Shown here piece by piece: positions 38,686-49,400 of a stretch of 64,000 nt of DNA. The notes beneath the pieces are model-generated. The model had not been told where the DNA came from. It was given only the letters and a program-made list of their open reading frames with translations, and made no database searches. Position numbers and translations under genes: made by a program. The number at the start of each line of letters is the position of its first letter. Within the stretch, counting starts at the first letter, position 1. The stretch lies in assembly GCF_057098645.1 (NCBI RefSeq), contig NZ_CM169472.1. One strand, 5' to 3'.

Positions 38686-41544
38686 ATGAATAAGCAAAAT
38701 TATGCACCTGGTATGCGGGTGGTTATTCGTGATGCCGAATGGCGTATTCGCCGGGCGGATGACAGTGGTGATGGTGGGTATTTGCTGACCTGCGATGGTA
38801 TTTCAGAGCTTGTGCGCGGTAAAGAAGGGTTATTTCTGACCAAACTGGAACAAAAAGTAGAGATCCTGGATCCCGCAAAAACGCATTTGGTGGAAGATGA
38901 ATCCGCCAATTATCAAGCGGCGCAGTTGTATATCGAAAGTCAGTTACGCCAACGCGTACCGACAGACAGTAAAGTCCATTTTGGTCATCTGGCGGCGATG
39001 GATTCCATGCCGTTTCAGCTCGATCCTACGCGGATGGCGCTGGCACAACCGCGTCAGCGGATACTCATTGCCGACGCTGTCGGTCTGGGTAAAACGCTGG
39101 AAGCGGGTATTCTGGTTTCGGAGCTGATCCGTCGTGGGCGCGGAAAACGTATTCTGGTTCTGGCGGTCAAATCGATGCTGACACAATTCCAGAAGGAGTT
39201 CTGGAGCCGTTTTGCGATCCCATTGACCCGCCTGGATTCTGCTGGTTTACAAAAGGTGCGTAACCGCATCCCAACCAACCACAACCCGTTCCACTATTTT
39301 GACAAGACCATTATCTCCATCGATACGCTGAAACAAGACATTGAATATCGTCACCATCTGGAAAATGCCTGGTGGGATATTATTGTCATTGATGAGGCCC
39401 ATAACGTCGCAGAACGTGGAACCAGTTCGTTACGCAGTAAACTGGCAAAACTGCTCGCCGGGCGTAGCGATACGCTGATTATGCTTTCAGCAACGCCGCA
39501 TGATGGTAAGGCTGAAAGTTTTGCCAGCCTGATGAACATGCTTGACCCGACGGCGATCGCCAACCCGAAAGAGTATGAATACGCCGACTTTGCCGATAAA
39601 AATCTGGTTGTCCGTCGCTTCAAAAAAGACGTGAAAGATCAGATGTCCGGCGAGTTCCCCGAGCGCAATATTGTCAAATTGACTCGCCTGGCATCCGGTG
39701 CCGAAGAAGAAGCATACCGTCGTCTGGTTGAGAGCCAGTTCCGTGATGATGACGATGAACAGGCCCAGTCTAACAAAGGTCGTCTGTTCAAGATAACCCT
39801 CGAAAAAGCGCTATTTTCCAGCCCGATGGCGTGTGCCAGCGTCGTGGCGAATCGTCTGAAGCGTCTTGAGAGCCGTAAAGATCATAATAGCCAGAGCCAG
39901 ATCAACGAACTGGAGTCATTGCTGTTGGCGCTGAATAACATTGATGCCAGCCAGTTTAGCAAATACCAGTTGCTGCTCGACACCATCCGAAAAGACCTCG
40001 CCTGGAAAGCCAATAACACGGAAGATCGCCTGGTGATCTTCACCGAAAGTATTAAAACGCTGGAGTTCCTCGAACAGCAACTGCGAGCGGATCTGAAATT
40101 GAAAGATGACCAGATCGCCACGCTGCGCGGCGATCAGGGCGATACGGTATTGATGGAAACCGTAGAAGCCTTTGGTAAAACGCAGTCGCCGTTGCGTCTT
40201 CTGGTTTGTTCGGATGTGGCATCTGAAGGGATCAACTTGCATCACCTTAGCCACAAAATGATTCACTTTGATATTCCGTGGTCGTTGATGGTATTCCAGC
40301 AACGTAACGGGCGTATTGACCGCTATGGGCAAAAACATCAGCCCCAAATCCGCTATCTGCTTACTGAGGCCAGCGAACCACAGATCAATGGCGATATGCG
40401 CGTACTGGAAGTGTTGATCAACAAAGACGAACAGGCGCAGAAGAACATTGGGGACAGTTCGGAGTTTACCGGCAAATTTACCCAGGAAGAGGAAGAAGAG
40501 CAGGTTGCAGAGTTCATGATGCAGGATGATGGTGCCAGCCTGTTTGATCAACTGCTGAACAGCAACGTCTCGGAAAGCGCCGAACACGATCTGTTTGGCG
40601 AAATATGCAGTGCGGTTTCCAGCGATGCCTCAATGGTCACCGAAGCAGACACCAGCTTGTTTGCCAGCGAACAGGCGTACTGCGAAAGAGCATTGGGTTA
40701 CCTGAAAGCCAGTGGTCAAACTATCCAGTATGAAACCTTGCCTGATAATACCTTGTCGCTGGTGGCACCGGAGGAGTTACGCCGCCGCTTCAACCAGCTA
40801 CCGCCTGAAATCGCCCCGGAGAACTGGCAGCTCTATTTAAGTCAGGATAAAACCGTCATCACCGACGCGATTGCACGCGCTCGCGGTGAGCAACATGCCT
40901 GGCCCGATGTGCAGTATCTCTGGCAAATCAACCCGGTAGTGCAGTGGCTGGACGATAAAATCTCTTCGGCTTTTGGTCGTCATCAGGCACCAGTTATCCG
41001 TCTGCCATACCTGCTTGAACCCGATGAAGATCACTTCATTCTTTCCGGGTTATTCCCGAACCGTAAATCACATCCGATGGTGAACCCGTGGATAGTGGTG
41101 AGCTTTAACCGTGAATCGCTAATCGGCAGTCAGCCATTCGCTGAGTTTTTACAACGTCATCCGCAGTTGAGTAACAAGCTGACTAACAGCGGCGGTAAAG
41201 ATCGTAATCACCAACGCCAGCAGGATTTACTTGAAGCGGCTATTGCTCATGCCCGGGAGGTATTCATCCATGATCGGAATGCGTTTGAAACGCACATTAA
41301 CCAGCAACTGAATGAGCATCTGCAAAAGCTGGACGTTTTGCGTGGGCGGCAGTTGAGCCAACTTGAGCTGGATTTTGCCGATAATAAACAGCAATTGTCA
41401 GTCAAGCAGAGCCGTAAAGAGCAGAGACAACGCGAAATCGAACACAATTTTGACAGCTATATCGAATGGATTGAGGACACCATGACGACTGAAAAAGAAC
41501 CCTACATTCAGGTAATTGCTGTTATCACCGGAGCGGAGGGTTAA
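38686..41544 (+). CDS. SNF2-family helicase (DrmD-like)
   Basis: 952 aa; motif I ADAVGLGKTLEAG, DEAH box VIDEAHNV, LSATPH, helicase C-terminal motif QQRNGRIDRYGQK. Confidence 0.8.
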   Translation: MNKQNYAPGMRVVIRDAEWRIRRADDSGDGGYLLTCDGISELVRGKEGLFLTKLEQKVEILDPAKTHLVEDESANYQAAQLYIESQLRQRVPTDSKVHFGHLAAMDSMPFQLDPTRMALAQPRQRILIADAVGLGKTLEAGILVSELIRRGRGKRILVLAVKSMLTQFQKEFWSRFAIPLTRLDSAGLQKVRNRIPTNHNPFHYFDKTIISIDTLKQDIEYRHHLENAWWDIIVIDEAHNVAERGTSSLRSKLAKLLAGRSDTLIMLSATPHDGKAESFASLMNMLDPTAIANPKEYEYADFADKNLVVRRFKKDVKDQMSGEFPERNIVKLTRLASGAEEEAYRRLVESQFRDDDDEQAQSNKGRLFKITLEKALFSSPMACASVVANRLKRLESRKDHNSQSQINELESLLLALNNIDASQFSKYQLLLDTIRKDLAWKANNTEDRLVIFTESIKTLEFLEQQLRADLKLKDDQIATLRGDQGDTVLMETVEAFGKTQSPLRLLVCSDVASEGINLHHLSHKMIHFDIPWSLMVFQQRNGRIDRYGQKHQPQIRYLLTEASEPQINGDMRVLEVLINKDEQAQKNIGDSSEFTGKFTQEEEEEQVAEFMMQDDGASLFDQLLNSNVSESAEHDLFGEICSAVSSDASMVTEADTSLFASEQAYCERALGYLKASGQTIQYETLPDNTLSLVAPEELRRRFNQLPPEIAPENWQLYLSQDKTVITDAIARARGEQHAWPDVQYLWQINPVVQWLDDKISSAFGRHQAPVIRLPYLLEPDEDHFILSGLFPNRKSHPMVNPWIVVSFNRESLIGSQPFAEFLQRHPQLSNKLTNSGGKDRNHQRQQDLLEAAIAHAREVFIHDRNAFETHINQQLNEHLQKLDVLRGRQLSQLELDFADNKQQLSVKQSRKEQRQREIEHNFDSYIEWIEDTMTTEKEPYIQVIAVITGAEG

Positions 41545-41546
41545 TC

Positions 41547-44500
41547 ATGGCGCTGGTCGGTATTAATAACGAAAACGAATTTTACTCTAACCACTATTTG
41601 GGTGAGGTTTTCACCAGTGATATCCGCGATGTGCTGGAACCCTGGATAGCCAAGGAAAATGCAGCGCGTGAAGCGGAGCGTGCCGCTCGTGAACAGGGCA
41701 AAGACGTGGAGCCGGGATACCGCGCTCCGTGGAACCAGTTTAACAGTCTGGCGACTGAGTTTTTCCGCAAACTTGCCGAGCACGAAAAACAGCGTCAGAT
41801 CCCGCAGCGTCTGGCCGATCAACGTAATCGCTGGCAGCCATTGTTAAAGGCGCTGGGCTACGAAATTACGCCACAGATCCAAATGCTGGATGACGATACA
41901 CCGCTGCCGGTACTGGCGCGTTACAACAGCACTGACGGTAGCCCGTGGCTGTGGATTGTTGAAGCACACGATCAGGAAGAAGGAACGCTGGATCCGCTGG
42001 CGCTCTCCTTACTGACCGCGCAATTCCCGGCGGATACCGACAAACATAAGCGCGACAGCCTGCGCAAAAAAGCCAACGGTGAATATCGCAGCTGGCAGGA
42101 TCTGCTCTCTACGGCGGTCTTCACCCAAAATGAACCGCCGCGTTTTGTGCTGCTGCTCGGTAACCGTCAGCTCTTGTTGTTGGACCGTACTAAGTGGGCG
42201 CAAAACCGTCTGCTACGTTTTGATTTTGAAGAGATTTTAAGCCGTCGTGAAACGGATACGCTGAAAGCGACTGCGGTGTTGTTACATAAAGATTCTCTGC
42301 TGCCGGGCAGTGGGGCACCTTATCTTGACTCGCTGGATGACAATTCGCACAAACATGCGTTTGGTGTTTCGGAAGATCTGAAATATGCCCTGCGCGAAAG
42401 CATTGAGTTGCTGGGCAACGAAGCGATGCATTATCTGATCGACCGTGGCCTGGCAAACTATACCGGTAACCGTGCGGTGGACCCGGATGAACTGAGCCGC
42501 GAATGTCTGCGTTACATGTACCGCCTGCTGTTCCTGTTCTACATTGAAGCGCGCCCGGAGCTGGGTTATGCGCCAATGACTGCCAAAACTTATCTACAGG
42601 GCTACAGCCTGGAAACGTTGCGCGATCTGGAGATGATCCCGCTGACCAGCGAAGAAGATCGCAACGGGCGCTACTTCCACGACAGCCTGAATATGCTGTT
42701 TAAACTGGTGCGCGAAGGCTACAACGGCGGCGTGAAAATGCAGAGTGACCTGGAGAGCGGCGACCGGATCACCATCCATAGTCATCAGTTCAGCGTCCCG
42801 CGTCTGGAAAGTCATCTGTTTGATGCCAACAACACGCGCATTCTTAACCGCGTGGTATTCCGTAACGAAACCCTGCAACAGATTATCCAGGCGATGTCGT
42901 TAAGCCGCCCGGCCAAAGGGCGCTTTAACCGCCGCGGACGTATTTCTTATCGCCAGTTGGGTATCAACCAGTTGGGTGCGGTGTATGAGGCGCTGCTCTC
43001 CTATCGTGGATTCTTCGCCAGCGAAGACCTCTACGAGGTGAAGAAAGCCGGGGAAGAGTTTAACGAGCTGGAGACAGGTTACTTCGTCAGTAAGGATGAG
43101 ATTGGCAAATACCACGAAGACGAGAAGGTCTACGAGAAAGACGGCAGTCTGCGCATTCACCGCAAAGGCAGCTTTATCTACCGTATGGCCGGGCGCGACC
43201 GTGAGAAATCTGCCTCTTATTACACCCCGGAAGTGCTGACCCGCTCACTGGTTAAATATGCCCTGAAAGAACTGTTTAAGGAGCAGATTGATCCCATTAG
43301 CGATCCGCACGCCAAAGCTGATGCCATCTTAAACCTCACCGTGTGCGAACCGGCGATGGGCAGCGCGGCGTTCCTTAACGAAGCCATCAACCAGCTGGCG
43401 GAAGCGTATCTGTTCCACAAGCAGCAGGCGGAAGGTCGCCGTATTCCGCAGGATCGTTACACCCAGGAGTTACAGCGGGTGAAAATGTACATTGCCGACA
43501 ACAACGTTTTCGGCGTGGACTTAAACCCGGTGGCGGTGGAACTGGCGGAAGTGTCACTGTGGTTGAACGCCATCAGTGGCGATGCCTTTGTACCGTGGTT
43601 TGGTTACCAGCTGCACTGCGGTAACTCACTGGTGGGCGCGCGCCGTCAGGTGTTCAACAAGAGTGAACTGACCTACAAAAAAGCCAAAGATCCGAGCTGG
43701 CTTAACAGCGAGCCGGTCGAACTGGCGATGAACACGCCGCGTGAAGAGACGCAGATTTTCCACTTCCTGCTGCCCGACGGCGGTATGGCTAACTACAGCG
43801 ATAAAACTGTTAAGCAGCGTTATCCGGATGACTTCAAAGCCCTGGACAGCTGGCGCAAAGAGTTTATTAAAAGCTTTGCCGGGCATGAGATTGCTGATGT
43901 GCAGCGTATCAGCGAAAAGGTGGAAGCTCTGTGGAACACTTATCGCCAACAACTTAAAGCAGAACGTCTGAAAACCGCCGACAGCTACCCGGTGTGGCCG
44001 GCAGAAAACAGCGAGCAGACGCGTTCTTCGCTGAGCAGTAAAGATGAAACCTTTAGCGGTCGTCTTGAAGATAACAGCGCCTACCAGAAGCTGCGTTGGG
44101 TAATGGACTACTGGTGCGCGCTGTGGTTCTGGCCGATCGACAAAGCCGATGAGCTACCGGATCGCGGCACCTGGTTGTTTGAGATTGAAACCCTGCTCGA
44201 CGGGATTGTAATCACGGAAAAAGTCACTGAAGTTGCGGAGCACACCACCGGCGATCTGTTTGCCGAAGAAGGCCTGCTGCGAGAAGAGTCTTCGCTGTTT
44301 TCCGTTGCTGGTCGTCTGAAAACCGAGGTGTTGTTCCGTCATTTGCCGCGTCTGGCGATTGTCGATGCCCTGAGAAAGCAGCACCGTTTCTTCCACTGGG
44401 ATCTGGAGTTCTGCGACCTGTTTGCCGAGCGCGGCGGTTTTGACCTGATGCTCGGAAACCCGCCGTGGCTGAAAGTGGAATGGCAGGAAGCGGGCGTGCT

Positions 44501-46457
44501 GGGTGATTACGAGCCGGAATTTGTGCTGCGTAAGCTGAGCGCCTCGAAGCTGGCAACGTTGCGTGTTGATACCTTTAACCAGATCCCGGCACTGGAAGCG
44601 GCCTGGCGCAGCGAGTATGAAGGCTGTGAAGGGATGCAAAACTTCCTCAATGCGCAGCAGAACTACCCGGTACTAGCAGGACAAAAAGCGAATTTGTATA
44701 AATGTTTTCTACCTCTGGGGTGGCGCTTAGGGGCGCAGAAAGGTGTCGTAGGGTTCCTGCATCCGGAAGGAATTTATGAAGACCCGAAAGGGGGAAAACT
44801 GCGTGGGGCGGTCTATCCAAGGTTAAGAGCTCATTTTCAGTTTCAAAATCAGCATATGCTTTTCCCTATCGGTGACAGGGTTAAGTTTAGTATTAATATC
44901 TACACCGCGTTTGTAAGTGATCATATTGGCTTCATTAGTATTGCAAACTTATTCTCGGCAAAAACGATTGAACTGTGTTTGTCGCATGATGGAACTGGAG
45001 AAGTGGGTGGTATTAAAGATGACGAAACCGACTCATGGAACGAATCAGGACACCAAAGCCGCATATTGAAAGTATCGTTAGAGCGGCTTTCCTTGTTTGC
45101 TAATTTGTATGATGAGCTAGGTATACCTGCGATTGAGGCCAGATTACCTGCTCTTCATGCGGATCACTTGGTGTCTGTGCTTGAGAAATTTGCTAAGCAG
45201 CCAACTAGATTGAGTGACTTAGAAAAAGACTATTATTCAACCCAACATTGGAACGAAGTTAATGCTCAGGATGATGGGATAATCAGACGCGAAACCCAAT
45301 TCCCGGAAGACGCATCCCAATGGATTTTGTCTGGTCCGCACTTCTATGTTGGAACACCGCTTTATAAAACGCCGAGAGAAATTTGCACAGAGAAAGGACA
45401 TTATGACTGCCTGGACTTGCTAACTCTGCCCGACGACTATCTGCCGCGCACTAACTATATTCCAGCATGTGATGCACAGGAGTATGCAAAGCGCACCCCA
45501 CGGGTTTCGTGGAAAGAACAGGATGAAGACGAGCCGAGGAAGGTGACGGATTATTATCGTCATATAAATCGAAGAGCCATTGGTTGTTCTTCGGAGCGAA
45601 CTGCTATAGGTGCAATTATACCCAAAGATGTCGCTCATATAGATGGGGGATTCTCATTAACTTTCAAAGACCCTAAACAACTGGTGATTTTTAATACCAG
45701 CTTCAATTCCTTACCTTTTGACTTTGTAATTAAAACAACGGGTAAAAGCGATTGTCGGGCGGAATTAGTAAAAATTTTACCAATGCTTTCAGATATAGGG
45801 ACAAGGCTATTTGCTCGGGGCTTAGTTAATAATGCAATAACAGCGCATTACTCCGATCTCTGGCAATCCTGCTACACCCCAGACTTCAACACCCAGCGTT
45901 GGAGCCGCGATCTCCCGCTGCTGCCCCAGGATTTCTTCGCCAATCTGACCCCAGAGTGGCAGCGTAACTGCGCCTTACGCTCCGACTACAGCCGCCGTCA
46001 GGCGCTGGTGGAAATCGACGTACTGGTGGCGCAGGCGCTGGGGTTAACCCTCGAAGAGCTGCTTACCATTTACCGTGTACAGTTCCCGGTTATGCGCCAG
46101 TACGAAGCGGACACCTGGTACGATCAAAACGGTCGTATTATCTTTACCCCAAGCAAAGGGCTGGTGGGCGTTGGCTTGCCGCGTACCGCGCGTAAAGCTG
46201 ACCTGAAAAACGGCTTTGTCTTTAACGTCGACAGCCCGGACTGGACCGGCGGTGACTGCACCGATCAAGCCATCGGCTGGGATGATGTCAAACATCTTAA
46301 AACTGGTACCGTCAGCGTCACCTTTGATGACTATACCCGCAGCGACGAAGGCGAGCGCCGTACCGTCACCTGGCAGGCACCGTTTATCAAGCCGGATCGC
46401 GAAGACGACTACAAAGTGGCCTGGGCGTTCTTTGCACAAGATAAGGAGAGCGCCTGA
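41547..46457 (+). CDS. Large N6-adenine DNA methyltransferase (Eco57I/DrmMI/PglX-like)
   Basis: 1636 aa; SAM-binding motif CEPAMGSAAFL, catalytic NPPW (LMLGNPPWLKV); start 2 nt after the SNF2 stop. Confidence 0.8.
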   Translation: MALVGINNENEFYSNHYLGEVFTSDIRDVLEPWIAKENAAREAERAAREQGKDVEPGYRAPWNQFNSLATEFFRKLAEHEKQRQIPQRLADQRNRWQPLLKALGYEITPQIQMLDDDTPLPVLARYNSTDGSPWLWIVEAHDQEEGTLDPLALSLLTAQFPADTDKHKRDSLRKKANGEYRSWQDLLSTAVFTQNEPPRFVLLLGNRQLLLLDRTKWAQNRLLRFDFEEILSRRETDTLKATAVLLHKDSLLPGSGAPYLDSLDDNSHKHAFGVSEDLKYALRESIELLGNEAMHYLIDRGLANYTGNRAVDPDELSRECLRYMYRLLFLFYIEARPELGYAPMTAKTYLQGYSLETLRDLEMIPLTSEEDRNGRYFHDSLNMLFKLVREGYNGGVKMQSDLESGDRITIHSHQFSVPRLESHLFDANNTRILNRVVFRNETLQQIIQAMSLSRPAKGRFNRRGRISYRQLGINQLGAVYEALLSYRGFFASEDLYEVKKAGEEFNELETGYFVSKDEIGKYHEDEKVYEKDGSLRIHRKGSFIYRMAGRDREKSASYYTPEVLTRSLVKYALKELFKEQIDPISDPHAKADAILNLTVCEPAMGSAAFLNEAINQLAEAYLFHKQQAEGRRIPQDRYTQELQRVKMYIADNNVFGVDLNPVAVELAEVSLWLNAISGDAFVPWFGYQLHCGNSLVGARRQVFNKSELTYKKAKDPSWLNSEPVELAMNTPREETQIFHFLLPDGGMANYSDKTVKQRYPDDFKALDSWRKEFIKSFAGHEIADVQRISEKVEALWNTYRQQLKAERLKTADSYPVWPAENSEQTRSSLSSKDETFSGRLEDNSAYQKLRWVMDYWCALWFWPIDKADELPDRGTWLFEIETLLDGIVITEKVTEVAEHTTGDLFAEEGLLREESSLFSVAGRLKTEVLFRHLPRLAIVDALRKQHRFFHWDLEFCDLFAERGGFDLMLGNPPWLKVEWQEAGVLGDYEPEFVLRKLSASKLATLRVDTFNQIPALEAAWRSEYEGCEGMQNFLNAQQNYPVLAGQKANLYKCFLPLGWRLGAQKGVVGFLHPEGIYEDPKGGKLRGAVYPRLRAHFQFQNQHMLFPIGDRVKFSINIYTAFVSDHIGFISIANLFSAKTIELCLSHDGTGEVGGIKDDETDSWNESGHQSRILKVSLERLSLFANLYDELGIPAIEARLPALHADHLVSVLEKFAKQPTRLSDLEKDYYSTQHWNEVNAQDDGIIRRETQFPEDASQWILSGPHFYVGTPLYKTPREICTEKGHYDCLDLLTLPDDYLPRTNYIPACDAQEYAKRTPRVSWKEQDEDEPRKVTDYYRHINRRAIGCSSERTAIGAIIPKDVAHIDGGFSLTFKDPKQLVIFNTSFNSLPFDFVIKTTGKSDCRAELVKILPMLSDIGTRLFARGLVNNAITAHYSDLWQSCYTPDFNTQRWSRDLPLLPQDFFANLTPEWQRNCALRSDYSRRQALVEIDVLVAQALGLTLEELLTIYRVQFPVMRQYEADTWYDQNGRIIFTPSKGLVGVGLPRTARKADLKNGFVFNVDSPDWTGGDCTDQAIGWDDVKHLKTGTVSVTFDDYTRSDEGERRTVTWQAPFIKPDREDDYKVAWAFFAQDKESA

Positions 46458-49400
46458 TGCTGCCGTCCGTTGTCAGTCGGCAGGTCGCCGACAGCGTTGC
46501 CGCCTTTTTACGGGCGGCGTTCCCGCTAAACAGCCCGCTGTTTAACGGTGAGAATAACGATAATGTCTCAATGCTGGAGCAATTTCTGGCCCAGCCCGAA
46601 ACGCTGCTGAAAGGACCATACCTTTCCGCCCAGTTGCCGTTTCGTAAAAGTGACTTACCACTGAATTTCTTCCCTAATCTGACGCTGCCGTTCCCGCCGC
46701 ACGCGCATCAGGCCCGGGCATTTCAGCGTCTGGGAAGCGACGCGCCACAGCCGACACTGGTCGCTACCGGTACCGGCTCCGGTAAAACAGAATGCTTTAT
46801 GTTCCCGCTGCTCAACCACTGCGCGGGCGCGTCACATGCCGGGGTTAAAGCGATTATCATCTACCCGATGAACGCCCTGGCAACCGATCAGGCCAGCCGT
46901 TTCGCCAAAACCATCGCCAGCGATCCACAACTGCATGGCAAGGTGACCGTCGGCTTGTTTGTCGGCGACAGCGAAATCGAACCCAGCAAGAAAATGTCGG
47001 CAGAAAAGGTCATTACCTGCAAGCACACGCTGCGCGAAAGCCCGCCGGACATCCTGTTGACCAACTACAAAATGCTCGACTACCTGCTGATGCGCCCTGG
47101 CGATCAGCCGCTCTGGCGTTACAACCAGCCCGGTTCATTGCGTTACCTGGTCGTGGATGAATTGCATACGTTTGATGGCGCGCAAGGGTCGGATCTGGCC
47201 TGTCTGGTGCGACGTCTGAAGCATCACATAGGTGTGGATAACCAACGATTCGCCTGCGTCGGGACATCAGCTACCGTCGGCGACGAACTGGGGCAACTGC
47301 TCGATTACGCAAAAACAATCTTTGACCAGCCGTTTACCGATGACGCCGTTATTCGCGAAGATCGCTACACGGCAGCGGAGTACTTGCAGGATTATGCCAT
47401 TGCGTACAGTCAGTATCCGGGGCCGGAGGCCGCTTCGGCCCTGGACCCGCAGAGTTACTCTACCCCGGTAGCGTATCTCAACGGGCAAATCCCTTTGTGG
47501 TTCCCCGACAGCGATTTGCAACTCCCGGACGATCTGGAGAGCGACGACGGGCGTGAAAAGCGTATTGCGCTGGGGTCACTGTTACGCCGCCACAGCGTGA
47601 TGCATGTCTTACTCCATGATCTGCAAGGCGGGATCCTCTCTGAGCGAGAGTGTCTGGAAAATCTCCAGGTCATGCTGGCAGAAAGCGCCGACCATGCCCG
47701 ACGCGTGCTGCAAAGCATTCTGGCGCTGATCGCGCAGGCACGTCTCGAAGTACCGGAAACGGAACACGATCGTCAAAAACGTCTCCAGGCGAAGAAAGCG
47801 CGTCCGGTGCTGCCGTTTGTGCAACTGCGCTCCCAGTTGTGGCTTCGTGAGATGCGTCGTCTGGTCGCCAGCGTGGCGAAAACGCCGCGACTGGTGTTTG
47901 CCGATGATGTGGCGGTGGAAGACCGCGAACACTATTTGCCGGTTATCCACTGCCGTGACTGCCATGCAACCGGCTGGGCCAGCCTGCGTCATGGGCAAAG
48001 CGTTCAGCTGGAAACAGACCTCGACGGCATTTATCGCCAGTTCTTTGAAAAAGGGCGCTCCATCGTCCTCGCTTTCCCGGATAATAACGAAAAAGCGGTC
48101 AGTGGCGCACACCAGAAACTGTGTCCTACCTGTCTGAAACTTAACCGACAGTCCAGCGTCCAGTGTGGACATTGCGGTCATACGGAACTGTTGCAGGTAC
48201 TGATCCCGGATATGCTCAAAGAGCGTAAGGACGAGCTGGAGTTTGCTAATGAATGCCCGTACTGCAACAGCAAACAGGGGATTTCGATCCTGGGGTCACG
48301 GGCTGCCAGTCTGTCGGCGGTGATGATTCACCAGCTTTATGGCAGCCAGTTCAACGAACATAAAAAGCTGATTACGTTTTCTGACTCGGTACAAGACGCC
48401 GCGCATCGTGCCAGCTTCTTTACTGCCCGAACCTGGCCGCTGATGATTCGTGGGCAAATCGCCAGTGTTCTTGGCGAAAAAGAGACATTACCGCTGGATG
48501 CGTTCGCGGCGCGTGTTTGCCAACAAACGCGTGAACGTTCACCGGACGATGCTCATTTTGCAGCGAACTTCATCGCACCAAATATGCAGTGGCTGAATGA
48601 TTATCAGACGCTGAAAAATGAAGGCAAACTGGCGGAGAACTCCGATCTGCCGGAGCTGGTTTCCCTGCGCCTCGACTGGGAGGTGTACAGCGAATTTACC
48701 CTGCGCGCGCGTATCGGACGTACGCTGGAAGCCACCGGTTATGCCGTTGCCGGAGTGGATAAAGATCGCTTTAATCCGGCAATTACCGCCCTGCATCAAC
48801 AGCTTTGTGAAGAGCTGGGTGATGAGATGTCCGGTGTGAGCGTCGAGCAGGTAGCGCACCTGGCGCTGGGGGTTATCTGGTATCAACGCCAGGCCGGGGC
48901 CGTTATGCATCCGGCGTTCGAAAGTTATCGCCGTGATGGCACGACCTTTATGATGACGCAAAAAGAGCGTACATCGCGCTATATGCCTTCTATCGGTCCG
49001 AAAACGCGTAAACCGGCTTATGCGTCGTTTGAAAAAATTAATGGTTTCCATCGCCTGATTGGCGCGAAGTCTAACCCCAGTTGGTATCAGCATTGGATCA
49101 ATCGCACGCTGAGTAACGGCAATAATCTGTTTATCAGTAGCGTTGCGGAAACAGTGTTACGACGCCTGTTTACGGCGTTGAAAATAGCCGGAGTAGTAAA
49201 AGATTTTGACACCAAAGGGCGTGAAGCCTGGGGACTGGTGCCTTCGGCGCTGGTGGTGAGCCGTGACGTCGTTCAGCTTAATTGCTCATGTTGCCGTGAG
49301 GTTGTCCGGGCTCCGGCCGATCAAGGCTGGCAGTGGCGTAATGCGCCTTGTCTCTCTTTACGTTGTGAAGGTCGTTACCTAGAAGTCGACAATATGGCGA

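Noticed and set aside
39916-40587. 223-aa minus-strand ORF inside the SNF2 helicase gene
   Set aside because: It is antisense to a gene with clear helicase motifs; no RBS or domain signature.
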